Origin: Candidatus Binatia bacterium
GTDB taxonomy: Bacteria; Desulfobacterota; Binatia; Bin18
DNA: 64,000 nt
Assembly: GCA_963666315.2 (NCBI GenBank)
Contig: CAXXHG010000046.1
Location: 1-64,000 of the forward strand
Reading direction: 5' to 3'
This document shows, piece after piece, positions 10,338 to 18,754 of this stretch. Every line of letters starts with the position of its first letter. Position 1 is the first letter of the stretch. Both the position numbers and the translations under genes were made by a program. The notes below the pieces were generated by a model. The model had not been told where the DNA came from, did not search any database, and saw only the letters and a program-made list of their open reading frames with translations.

Positions 10338-11383
10338 TGGAACGCCTGCTCGTCGCCCAAACCGGCTTTCTCGGTGACGTAGTCCTGACGACGCCGCTCC
10401 TGGCCACATTGCGCCGAGAGCTCAGTCTTGAATCGCTGACCGTTCTGACTACCCCGCAAGCACGCCCATTGGTCGAAGACCACCCTGCGGTAGACCAGGT
10501 GTTGGTTGACGCAAAACACGGCCAAGAGCGTGGTTTCCTGGGTATGATGCGAACGGCTCACAGACTCCGTCAGCAGACGTTTAGCCTGGCAGTTGCGCCT
10601 CACAAGTCGTTTCGCACCGCCCTCTTACTAACCTTGGCCGGCATTCCGCGCCGGATAGGCTTCCGCCAGAGTCCCGGCTGGTTCTTCTATCATCAGACTG
10701 CCAAACGGGATGCAGACCGGCATGAAGTTGACCGGATATTGTGCATTATGCGCGCCTTTGGACGTGAACCGGAGGAATGCGAACGTAGGCCACATGTTGC
10801 CTACAACGTACAGGCACAAGCCAACGCGCACGACTTGCTGCGAGAGGCGCAGATCGCGGACACTGAGCCGGTGTTTGTCGTGTGTCCGGGCTCGGTGTGG
10901 TACACTAAGCGCTGGACGGTTGAGGGCTATGCTGGACTCGTACGGAGTTTGGAGAGCAACTACGGGCGGGTCCTGCTGGGTGGCGGGCCGGACGACGTTG
11001 CGGTCGTACAGGCGGTTCAGGAGCGAGCGGGCGGGCGAGTCGCAAATCTCGCCGGGCGAGCAGATCTCCAAACGTTTATGGCGCTCATTGATAAAGCCCA
11101 GATGGTGATCAGTAATGACAGCGCGCCCATGCACTTGGCCGTTGCGCGCCAGGTTCCCGTTGTTGCGATTTTCTGTGCGACGACGCCCAGCCTGGGCTAC
11201 GGACCGTATAGTGACAACGCTGTCGTTGTCGAAAAGAGTGATCTATTTTGTCGGCCGTGCGGACGGCACGGAGGTCCCTCATGTCCGAGAGGGACAGACG
11301 AGTGTATGCAGTTGGTCACCACACATGATGTCCTGGCAGGAGTCGATCAGCTCCTCAATCGTGCAGCATCAGGTGATTGCTAG
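10337..11383 (+). CDS. waaF: LPS heptosyltransferase II (GT9)
   Basis: FLGDVVLTTP, PGSVWYTKRW, SNDSAPMHLA, CRPC..HG...C. Confidence 0.85.
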   Translation: MERLLVAQTGFLGDVVLTTPLLATLRRELSLESLTVLTTPQARPLVEDHPAVDQVLVDAKHGQERGFLGMMRTAHRLRQQTFSLAVAPHKSFRTALLLTLAGIPRRIGFRQSPGWFFYHQTAKRDADRHEVDRILCIMRAFGREPEECERRPHVAYNVQAQANAHDLLREAQIADTEPVFVVCPGSVWYTKRWTVEGYAGLVRSLESNYGRVLLGGGPDDVAVVQAVQERAGGRVANLAGRADLQTFMALIDKAQMVISNDSAPMHLAVARQVPVVAIFCATTPSLGYGPYSDNAVVVEKSDLFCRPCGRHGGPSCPRGTDECMQLVTTHDVLAGVDQLLNRAASGDC

Positions 11384-11431
11384 GCGGCTGCCAGGCCGCT
11401 GCTTCAATAGGACACGAACAGTGGTGGTGGC

Positions 11432-11752
11432 ATGACCCTGCAAGAACGCTTTGCCGAACTCAATACGGATACTTCCCGGACTGCTGAGACTTGGGCCTCC
11501 CAAGGCAAGCGGGCCAAAGCCTGGTGCTTTGTCTTTCCGCCGTTCGGTAGTTTTTGGTCAACGTATATCGGCAAAGGCGAATGGCGGCACGGCGCGGAAG
11601 GCTTCACTTTAGCATTTTTTGCCGCCTATTCTGTATTTATGACCTACGCCAAACTGTGGGAAATCCAAGAAGGATTGACCTACCAGCGGCTAGAACCGCA
11701 CCGCGATTCCGACTCAACGACCCTTGATCATTCCCATTCGGATGCGGCCTGA
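11432..11752 (+). CDS. Stand-alone C-terminal domain resembling LPS GT2 (KdtX/WaaE/LgtF-like)
   Basis: FWSTYI..GEWRHGAEGF..AFFAAYSVFMTYAKLWE resembles the C-terminal tail of these glycosyltransferases; no catalytic N-domain. Confidence 0.55.
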   Translation: MTLQERFAELNTDTSRTAETWASQGKRAKAWCFVFPPFGSFWSTYIGKGEWRHGAEGFTLAFFAAYSVFMTYAKLWEIQEGLTYQRLEPHRDSDSTTLDHSHSDAA

Positions 11753-11789
11753 CGAATGGGCATACATACCGTGTAAATCTCCAATGTGA

Positions 11790-11860
11790 CCCTCACCCGC
11801 GTAACGACGCCCTCTCCCAATGGGAGAGGGAAACGGGAGCGTAGCGACTGTGGGTGAGGG
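11790..11860. repeat. REP-like nested palindrome
   Basis: CCCTCACCC...CCCTCTCCCAATGGGAGAGGG...GGGTGAGGG. Confidence 0.7.
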
Positions 11861-11881
11861 GGATTAGATATAGTCTCCTCT

Positions 11882-12622
11882 ATGCCCTTCTCCTTCCACC
11901 ATCTCGTACCCCCAAGCGGCTTCATTGAACAGAAAACGGATACCCATACCTGGTGGTTCAAAGACGGCCTACTAGCAGACATCCTCAAAGCGCTCGAACA
12001 CGTCGAAGACGGCAGTGCACAAAACCGGCGCGGCGGGAGAGGCACGATCCAGCGCGTCCGGCTGGGCGATCAAGGCAATGCCATAGTCCGCTCCTATAAA
12101 CGTGGCGGGTTCGTTCGTCACTTTGTGCGCGATCTCTACTGGGACCACCCGCCTCGCCCGTTTGCAGAATTGATCGGCACCGAAACTGTCCGCGAACGTG
12201 GCGTTCCGACTGTCGAGGTGCTCGGTGCCGGCGTAGAACGCGTAGCCTTTAGTCTTTACCGAGGAACACTGATCACGCGCGAAGCCGAAGGCTTTCTCAA
12301 TTGGTGGGACTGGCTGCAAACTCATCCACCAGCACAAGAACGACAGGTAGTCACACAAAAAGTCGTGCAGGCCATTACCCACATGCATGCTGCCGGCATC
12401 TACCACGCCGATCTCAATCTGACCAATATCCTTGTCCGTCTCGAATCCGGGCAGCTCGAGACTCTGATTATCGACTTCGACCGCGCCCGTATTTTCACGA
12501 CCGCCCTTTCCTCGTCTCGTCACAAACACACCTTCGACCGCCTCCTACGCTCGATCAAGAAACTTGATCCCAAGGCACAATTTCTTCCGTTCGCGGAACG
12601 CGACGTTTTTCTCAACTGCTGA
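11882..12622 (+). CDS. kdkA: Kdo kinase / LPS kinase family
   Basis: GRGT, RSYKRGG, R.FAEL, HADLNLTNILV, IDFD. Confidence 0.8.
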   Translation: MPFSFHHLVPPSGFIEQKTDTHTWWFKDGLLADILKALEHVEDGSAQNRRGGRGTIQRVRLGDQGNAIVRSYKRGGFVRHFVRDLYWDHPPRPFAELIGTETVRERGVPTVEVLGAGVERVAFSLYRGTLITREAEGFLNWWDWLQTHPPAQERQVVTQKVVQAITHMHAAGIYHADLNLTNILVRLESGQLETLIIDFDRARIFTTALSSSRHKHTFDRLLRSIKKLDPKAQFLPFAERDVFLNC

Positions 12623-12650
12623 GCATTCTGCAGCATTCCTTTGCCACCCA
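12572..12650 (+). repeat. 79-bp imperfect direct repeat, copy 1 (kdkA 3' end plus integrase HSFATH remnant)
   Basis: Aligns ungapped to 18327-18405, about 65/79 identical by hand. Confidence 0.85.
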
Positions 12651-12717
12651 TTCAGCCCGATCGATCGGCTCTAGCGGGCGTTGGAGCTGGGCGATGGCGC
12701 AGGGTGAGGCTGCAGGA

Positions 12718-12878
12718 GTTAGACGGCAAGAAGCTGCAGTCTCACATCGTTGATCCGAGACTTGAAGATTAGTGTCGAAAGATGCTACAGTTCTCCACAT
12801 TTGGGTGGTTTGAAGGGCTATTCTACGTTCGGAGTTAGCTTGCAAGAAGTCGCAGTGTTTGCCCATTTCATTCGGCAG
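12718..12878 (+). repeat. ~161-bp cassette-leader repeat, copy 1
   Basis: Starts GTTAGAC; aligns to 15868-16029 and 22776-22936; contains TTGAAG-N18-TACAGT. Confidence 0.85.
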
Positions 12879-12916
12879 ATCCCGTTCTTAATTTCCCCCC
12901 AGACTTTCACACGAGA

Positions 12917-13339
12917 TTGGAGAATGGAAGGGACATTTGGATAGATGCATATGTTAGAGAACGAGACAAACATTTCTTCGATCATTTCGCCCGACATGGG
13001 AGTGGGCAAGTCATACCGAAACCTAGACATGAAATCGAGGTAATACTTAAGGGATTTTCGAAAACCACATGCAAGAGAATTAGAAGAAAGAGAAAAAAGT
13101 CAATTCCGAGAGATGATATTTTTATTACCGTGGTTCATCCGTTGGACCGCTATTCTTGTGGCAGCGTTGATTTTCAGGCATTTGCTAATTCATTACCGCA
13201 AAATGATGCAGTGGTGATTTGCCATAGCGAATTCTATCCAGCTGACAATTTGGCGAAAGAGCGTATACAACTTTACACTAACGAAAATTCTCAACTAGAT
13301 AATAGAGAAATGGGTTACCTCAGTGGACTTTTTTCGTAG
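12917..13339 (+). CDS. Hypothetical AT-rich cassette gene (possibly 5'-truncated)
   Basis: Low-GC ORF ending 15 nt before the attC site; TTG start uncertain. Confidence 0.45.
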   Translation: MENGRDIWIDAYVRERDKHFFDHFARHGSGQVIPKPRHEIEVILKGFSKTTCKRIRRKRKKSIPRDDIFITVVHPLDRYSCGSVDFQAFANSLPQNDAVVICHSEFYPADNLAKERIQLYTNENSQLDNREMGYLSGLFS

Positions 13340-13354
13340 AATGCAATTGACGAC

Positions 13355-13429
13355 ACATAACATAAAGTTCAAGCTGTTCCTTTCAGTCACTCGGTCTGCC
13401 TTCGGTGGCCGCTTAACTAAACGTTTAAG
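13355..13429 (+). mobile_element. attC: Integron attC recombination site
   Basis: R'' ACATAAC, 5 nt, L'' GTTCAAGC ... L' GCTTAAC, 5 nt, R' GTTTAAG. L''/L' pair with one extra C (extrahelical base); 75 bp. R boxes deviate slightly from RYYYAAC/GTTRRRY. Confidence 0.85.
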
Positions 13430-13475
13430 CGTCCGCGGTGATGGCTCCGCCTCAATACAATCCAGGATTTTCTGA

Positions 13476-14282
13476 ATGACATTCGAGTCACTGATCTCCG
13501 AAGGCGCCGCCGCCGCTGCGGCTGTGCTGGCAGAGGCGGAGGAGTGGCAGAAGATCATGGCCCTGGATGCCGAGAAGGTGTTGGACGTGTACCTGGACAT
13601 CAAGTCCCCGCACGCCTACTTGGCGGTGCGGCCCTCGCTGGAGGTCGCCCGGGACTACAGGGTCCGAGTCAACTTCCTCCCGTACACGATGAGCTACGTC
13701 GCGGTCGGGCTCACGACGGGCGTGGAGCCCGACATGAAGCGTCGCCCCGCTACCCCGGCGGCCGATCGGAAGGCAAGGATGTACTACACCACGGCGCGGC
13801 AGTACGCCGTCCTGCAGGGGCTCCCGTTCCGGAGCCCGTACCGGCTCCTCGACTCTGCCTGGCCAAACAAGGCTTTCCTCTTCGCCAAGCGGCAGGGGCT
13901 GGAGGTACCCTTCCTGATGCACCTCTACGTGCAGGGCTGGGGCAGCGGCTGGCGGGACTACGAGATCGAGTCACTCGAGCGGCTGCGTGGTACGCTGGCC
14001 GAGGTAGGCGCCCGCACCGACGGTTTCGAGGAGTTCCTGGCCCCGAACGGCGCGGGGGAGGCTGAGATTAAGAGCTGTATGGCGAAGGCCGAGGCCGCTG
14101 GGTTCACGGGCGTGCCGCATTACGTCTTCAACGACGCCCCTTCGGGCCGGGAGCTCGGCCTCTTCGGCCGGGAGCACCTCGCGCTCATCCGGGAAAAGTT
14201 TGGGGCGGAGGGGCTGGCCCGAACGCGTGCAGTGCGCCCGAAGTTCTCGCACGCCTGGCACGGCGCCCCCGCGAAGCTCTAA
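13476..14282 (+). CDS. DsbA-like / HCCA isomerase family thioredoxin-fold protein
   Basis: YLDIKSPHAYLA, GFTGVPHY, LFGREHL; markedly higher GC than neighbours. Confidence 0.8.
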   Translation: MTFESLISEGAAAAAAVLAEAEEWQKIMALDAEKVLDVYLDIKSPHAYLAVRPSLEVARDYRVRVNFLPYTMSYVAVGLTTGVEPDMKRRPATPAADRKARMYYTTARQYAVLQGLPFRSPYRLLDSAWPNKAFLFAKRQGLEVPFLMHLYVQGWGSGWRDYEIESLERLRGTLAEVGARTDGFEEFLAPNGAGEAEIKSCMAKAEAAGFTGVPHYVFNDAPSGRELGLFGREHLALIREKFGAEGLARTRAVRPKFSHAWHGAPAKL

Positions 14283-14305
14283 GGGGAGCTCGTTTCGACG
14301 GATGA

Positions 14306-14332
14306 GCAATGTTCGTCCATTTCAGTCGGCCG
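14306..14332 (+). repeat. 3' fragment of the cassette-leader repeat
   Basis: GCAATGTTCGTCCATTTCAGTCGGCCG versus GCAGTGTTTGCCCATTTCATTCGGCAG of copy 1. Confidence 0.55.
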
Positions 14333-14358
14333 CCTCATTAGTAGTTTGCTAAAATAAA

Positions 14359-14919
14359 ATGATTAAAACAATAGAAGCAGCGTACGCATTTGTGCTCGAA
14401 GTGAAAATTTGCATGATTTTCGCTCAAAAAACGGTGCATTCTTCTCTGTGGGAGAATGTCGACCTCCCTGACAGACAACCGGGGGAGAAAGGACGGGGGC
14501 AGAAAGTCACAGCGGTTTGGGCGTGGAAAAACAAATTGCCTGCGCTCTACCCTGATGAAATCTTTTACGGCAAAATACGAGGTGGACACGCAGTATTAAT
14601 GGAGATGAATTATCTGCGTGAAGAGCATTTTCCACAAGCGTATCAGCCTGTGGAAAATTTAAGTCGACTGGCCCAGTTTACTTATGAGCAGGTGAGGTTG
14701 GAACCTGGAGAGACTGGGGCACTCAGAGATCTCGTAATCTCCGAGTATGGCGCAACAAAAAGTCAGTTCGATACGGCATTGAAGGATTTACAAATTTCAC
14801 TGAATGTGGTGCGTTCAAATGGCCTCCACGTTGAGAGGGATACGTGGGTGACGTTTGAAGAGCTCTATCCGGATATTTGGGACCAATATGTCACAGATGT
14901 AGGTTTCAATGGATATTAA
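14359..14919 (+). CDS. AlkZ-related winged-helix protein (putative)
   Basis: SLWE..., W.WKN.LP..., IFYGKI.GG, FD.ALKDLQ.SL.VVR pattern. Confidence 0.5.
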   Translation: MIKTIEAAYAFVLEVKICMIFAQKTVHSSLWENVDLPDRQPGEKGRGQKVTAVWAWKNKLPALYPDEIFYGKIRGGHAVLMEMNYLREEHFPQAYQPVENLSRLAQFTYEQVRLEPGETGALRDLVISEYGATKSQFDTALKDLQISLNVVRSNGLHVERDTWVTFEELYPDIWDQYVTDVGFNGY

Positions 14920-15364
14920 AGTTGATGATTTGACCGGCGCTGAGATAGCTGAATTCTTGCAGGAACATCTCCGGAGTATGGTGCAATATTCTCCGCCCGA
15001 AAGCAACCATGCGCTAGATATTGAGGACTTGCGTAAGCCTGAAATTACATTTTGGAGCGTATGGGCTAATTCCGAATTGCTGGGATGCGGGGCTCTTAGA
15101 GAATTAAACTCCGATCATGGTGAAATTAAATCTATGCGTACTGCTGCATTGCATCTACGTAAGGGAGTCGCAGCCAAATTGCTCAAGCATATATTAGAAG
15201 AGGCGAAACATCGCAAATATAAGCGGGTGAGTTTAGAAACAGGGTCAATGGATGCCTTTGTTCCGGCTCATAATTTATACGCTACTTTTGGCTTCAAAAA
15301 GTGCGGGCCATTCGCAGATTATGTTGAAGATCCATATAGCATATATATGACAAAAGAATTATGA
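14909..15364 (+). CDS. GNAT N-acetyltransferase (YedL-like)
   Basis: SPPES.HALD, GCGAL, GEIKSMRT, SLETG, PFADY. Confidence 0.9.
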   Translation: MDIKVDDLTGAEIAEFLQEHLRSMVQYSPPESNHALDIEDLRKPEITFWSVWANSELLGCGALRELNSDHGEIKSMRTAALHLRKGVAAKLLKHILEEAKHRKYKRVSLETGSMDAFVPAHNLYATFGFKKCGPFADYVEDPYSIYMTKEL

Positions 15365-15404
15365 AGGAGGCATTATGCCTACCAAAGAATCAAAGGAGGT
15401 TCTT

Positions 15405-15804
15405 ATGGGTTTTGAGGCACTCAATACATGGCTCGATGCCTACGGTAAGGCGTGGGAAAACTAAGACCCCGATGCCGCAGCAGCGCTCTTCACCGAGGAT
15501 GGGACCTACGCCTGGGGTCCGTTCACCGAACCGATCAAGGGCAAGCAGGCCATTCGACGGGCCTGGGAGACGGCCACCCAGGGGAACCACGGGGATCGCG
15601 TTTGGTTGCGAACCCCTCGCGGTGACTGAAGACGGTCGGCATATCGCACGCTGGTGGGCGTCGATGAAATCCGTGCCGGCGAGCCGGTCCGTCAGGATGG
15701 AAGGGATCTTTCTGAACACGTTGACCGAGAGTGGTCGATGCAGTGGATTCCGAGAGTGGTGGAACGAAGATCCACCCGCAACGGTAGCTTCGGAGTTCGA
15801 ATAA
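15405..15804 (+). pseudogene. SnoaL/NTF2-like protein, premature stop plus frameshift
   Basis: MGFEALNTWLDAYGKAWEN*DPDAAAALFTEDGTY...; C-terminus (ARWWASM..EGIF..FREWW) in another frame. Confidence 0.8.
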
Positions 15805-15867
15805 ATTCGGCCAGTCTAGTCCCAGCCCATATAGCCTGGCTCAGCCAAGGGCGTTAGACTCCGGTGG

Positions 15868-16029
15868 GTTGGGCTACACCAAGCTGCAGTGGAACACCTT
15901 TAATACTAGACCTGAAGGTTTGGGGCGAAAGATGCTACAGTCCGACACGATTTTGCGGTCTGCGGAGCTATTTTGCGTTCAGAGTCCGCGTGCGAGACCT
16001 TGCAGTGTTCTCCCATTTCATTCACTCAG
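15868..16029 (+). repeat. ~161-bp cassette-leader repeat, copy 2
   Basis: Starts GTTGGGC, 15 nt after GTTAGAC of an eroded attC-like site (15833-15859); shares AAGCTGCAG, GAAAGATGCTACAGT, CCCATTTCATTC. Confidence 0.8.
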
Positions 16030-16089
16030 AAAAAACAGAGAGTACCTGTCACTCCTGGAGGAGTTTATGCGCTGCAGACATACTGTTTT

Positions 16090-16271
16090 CGCACTGGTCC
16101 TTAATCGTTGGGCAGCATGACATTCCAGAGGTGATCAAGATAAGCGACACGCTGGCACAGAAGATTACGACCGCAAAGAGAACGGTACTCCCCAACGCCG
16201 GGCATCTCCCGTATCTGGAACAACCAGCGGAGTTCAACCATATTGTATTGGATCTTCTCAACGCACAGTGA
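16090..16271 (+). pseudogene. Alpha/beta hydrolase C-terminal fragment
   Basis: LIVGQHD...LPNAGHLPYLEQPAEFN; N-terminal catalytic part absent. Confidence 0.75.
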
Positions 16272-16283
16272 GGGCTCTCAAAC

Positions 16284-17603
16284 TTGCTATTACACGATAG
16301 AAGATACCCTAACCTGACGTTCCAGCGCTTCGCCGCCGGCTGGCTAGTGGGCCTGGTTGTGGCCACCAGCCTGCTGCATCCGGACCTAACTCAGGCCCAA
16401 CCCCGGGGCTTTATGGTCGACGCAGTCTTTGGCAGTGAACGGCTCCCCGGCCAGTTTAATCGCCCCAGCGGGGTAGCAGTGGATAGCCAGGACCGCATTA
16501 TCGTGGCGGATACAGCCAACCACCGCATACAAGTGTGTGATGCCCAAGGGATCTGTACCGCGTTTGGCAGATTCGAGAGTGCCCCTCCTTGCCAGTTTAA
16601 TTTCCCCAGCGGGGTGGCAGTCGATAGCCAAGACCGCATCATTGTGGCGGATACGTACAATTACCGCATCCAAGCGTGCGAGGCCCAAGGGACCTGTACG
16701 GCGTTTGGCAGTCTAGGCAATGACCCTGGCCAGTTTACGACCATCGGCGGGGTGGCGGTCGACAGCCAAGACCGCATCATTGTGGCGGACTATAATATTT
16801 TCAGCTTGCACGAATTTAGGGTGATGGAGGCCCGGATCCAAGTGTGTGACGCCCAAGGGGCCTGTACCGCGTTTGGCAGATTCGAGAGTGCCCCTCCTTG
16901 CCAGTTTAATTTCCCCAGCGGGGCGGCAGTCGATAGCCAAGACCGCATCATTGTGGCGGATACGTACAATTACCGCATCCAAGTGTGCGAGGCCCAGGGG
17001 ATCTGTAAGGCGTTCGGCAATTTTGGGAGTGATCCCGGCCAGTTTAGTTCCCCCAGCGGGGTAGCGGTGGATAGCCGAAACCGGATTATCGTGGCGGATA
17101 AGGGCAATGACCGCATCCAGGTGTGCGGCCCCCAATGGGCTTGTACCGTGTTTGGCAGTCCAAGCAGCGCCCCCGGCCAGTTTAGTTCCCCCAGCGGGGT
17201 GGCCGTGGATAGCCAAAACCGCATTATTGTGGTGGATCGTTCCAACCACCCCATCCAAGTGTGTGACGACCAGGGGATCTGTGAGGCGTTCGGCGTTTTA
17301 GGAAAGGCCCCCGGCCAGTTTGATCACCCTAGCGGGGGGGGGGCGGTGAATAGCCAGGACCGGATTATCGTGGCGGATACACGCAACCACCGCATCCAAA
17401 TCCTCATCGTCTCGGCAAGTCTCCTCGGAAGTCCCAGTTACTGCAGGGTCAATGGGCTGTGTGGCGTAGGGGAAGGGGATTGTGATGGCGGCCACGAATG
17501 CCAGGCCGGCCTTGTGTGCGTGAACGATGTGGGCGCGCAGTACGGCTTCCGCACCATCGTCGATGTGTGTGTAGCCCCATCAGGTGGAGCGCAAGCGGGT
17601 TGA
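16284..17603 (+). CDS. Secreted NHL-repeat beta-propeller protein with Cys-rich C-terminal domain
   Basis: Seven PGQF..PSGVAVDSQDRIIVAD..N.RIQVC-type repeats; signal peptide; CGVGEGDCD..ECQAGLVC tail. Confidence 0.9.
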   Translation: MLLHDRRYPNLTFQRFAAGWLVGLVVATSLLHPDLTQAQPRGFMVDAVFGSERLPGQFNRPSGVAVDSQDRIIVADTANHRIQVCDAQGICTAFGRFESAPPCQFNFPSGVAVDSQDRIIVADTYNYRIQACEAQGTCTAFGSLGNDPGQFTTIGGVAVDSQDRIIVADYNIFSLHEFRVMEARIQVCDAQGACTAFGRFESAPPCQFNFPSGAAVDSQDRIIVADTYNYRIQVCEAQGICKAFGNFGSDPGQFSSPSGVAVDSRNRIIVADKGNDRIQVCGPQWACTVFGSPSSAPGQFSSPSGVAVDSQNRIIVVDRSNHPIQVCDDQGICEAFGVLGKAPGQFDHPSGGGAVNSQDRIIVADTRNHRIQILIVSASLLGSPSYCRVNGLCGVGEGDCDGGHECQAGLVCVNDVGAQYGFRTIVDVCVAPSGGAQAG

Positions 17604-17707
17604 GATGCCGTGGCGACTGGCAATTTGCGTGCAGCCAACAACGCCGTTAGCCAAGTCGTGAAAGTATTCCAGCCGTCCCCACTGCCGGTACGGAGAAAGG
17701 CACAAAC

Positions 17708-18328
17708 ATGACCGCAGACCTTTTTGGAGCGATGGAAAAGCTTGAACGCATTCCAATGCAAGACGCGGAGGTTTACTACCGACGACAACTTCCGCTTGCG
17801 GAGTCGGATAACGTCGTCATGCGCCGCCTGATTGATGAAGTTCCTTGGAGAGCTGAAACGGTCATTGTGTGGGGAAAGACCTTCCCACAACCGCGTCTCA
17901 TAGCGTGGTATGGCGATCCCGGTAAGAATTATACATACTCTGGCATTCGTCTCGAGCCGCTGCCCTGGACACACGCCTTGCTCGATATCAAGCGCAGCGT
18001 TGAAGCTGTGGCTGGCAACGACTTCAATAGCGTTCTCCTGAACTACTACCGAGACCACAGGGACAGCATGGGGTTGCATAGCGACGACGAGCCGGAACTG
18101 GGCGAACGACCCATCATTGCCTCGTTCAGCTTGGGAGAAGAACGGACGATCATCTTCAAGCATAAGACCAAGAGAGAGATGAAGCCCGTTCGGCTGAGGC
18201 TAGCATCTGGCAGCCTGCTCTTGATGAAAGGTCAGACTCAGCACCATTGGAAGCACGGGATCAACAAGGAAACACGTCCGCACGGGCCCCGTATCAATTT
18301 GACGTTCAGGCGCATCCGTTCTGTCTAA
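17708..18328 (+). CDS. alkB: Alpha-ketoglutarate-dependent dioxygenase AlkB family
   Basis: QPRLIAWYGD, NYYRD..DSMG.HSDDE, HHWKHG, RINLTFR. Confidence 0.9.
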   Translation: MTADLFGAMEKLERIPMQDAEVYYRRQLPLAESDNVVMRRLIDEVPWRAETVIVWGKTFPQPRLIAWYGDPGKNYTYSGIRLEPLPWTHALLDIKRSVEAVAGNDFNSVLLNYYRDHRDSMGLHSDDEPELGERPIIASFSLGEERTIIFKHKTKREMKPVRLRLASGSLLLMKGQTQHHWKHGINKETRPHGPRINLTFRRIRSV

Positions 18329-18405
18329 GGGGCAATTTCTTCCGCTCGCGGCCCGCGACGTTTTTCTCAACTGCGCAGCATCTCCTGGCCTTCCTTTGCC
18401 ACCCA
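18327..18405 (+). repeat. 79-bp imperfect direct repeat, copy 2
   Basis: Matches 12572-12650. Confidence 0.85.
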
Positions 18406-18556
18406 CATCGTTGAGAATGGTGATGACATTCCTCCCGCTTAGGACCTCCTGGGTCACAACGATATCCAGACTATAATGATCGATACGCACGTATTGATCC
18501 GTGAGCGACATGGGACAACAAGCCCGGCAGATTGCTTAGAGAACCACTGTGTGTGA
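18389..18556 (+). pseudogene. intI: Integron integrase C-terminal remnant
   Basis: Translates PSFATHIVENGDDIPPA*DLLGHNDIQTIMIDTHVLIRERHGTTSPADCL versus the IntI pattern HSFATHLLE.GYDIRTVQELLGH.DV.TTMIYTHVLNRGG.GV.SP.D. Confidence 0.8.
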
Positions 18557-18754
18557 CATGCCGTAGATTTGGCAGGATGTCATTCCGGGGGCGAAGAGTA
18601 AGAGGGAACGTGTGGTCAATCCGAATGTTTTGTCACAATCGGGCCAATACGGGAGCAGCTAAACACCGCAAAAATTGCAAGATTTATCTATTTTCAATCA
18701 GCATATTATGATTTATACACCTTACGTGAAAAAACGGGAATAGAAACAATCGAG

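Noticed and set aside
12750-12944. Short ORFs over the leader repeats (12750-12944, 15864 onward, 22856 onward) with similar translations
   Set aside because: Starts differ, copy 3 has indels that break the frame and there is no consistent RBS; the similarity follows from the DNA repeat
16440-17400. Regular ~140-bp repeats resembling a CRISPR array or DGR template/variable pair
   Set aside because: They are in-frame NHL coding repeats; there are no spacers, cas genes or reverse transcriptase, and differences are not adenine-specific
18200-18511. 103-aa minus-strand ORF
   Set aside because: Antisense shadow of the integrase remnant and alkB
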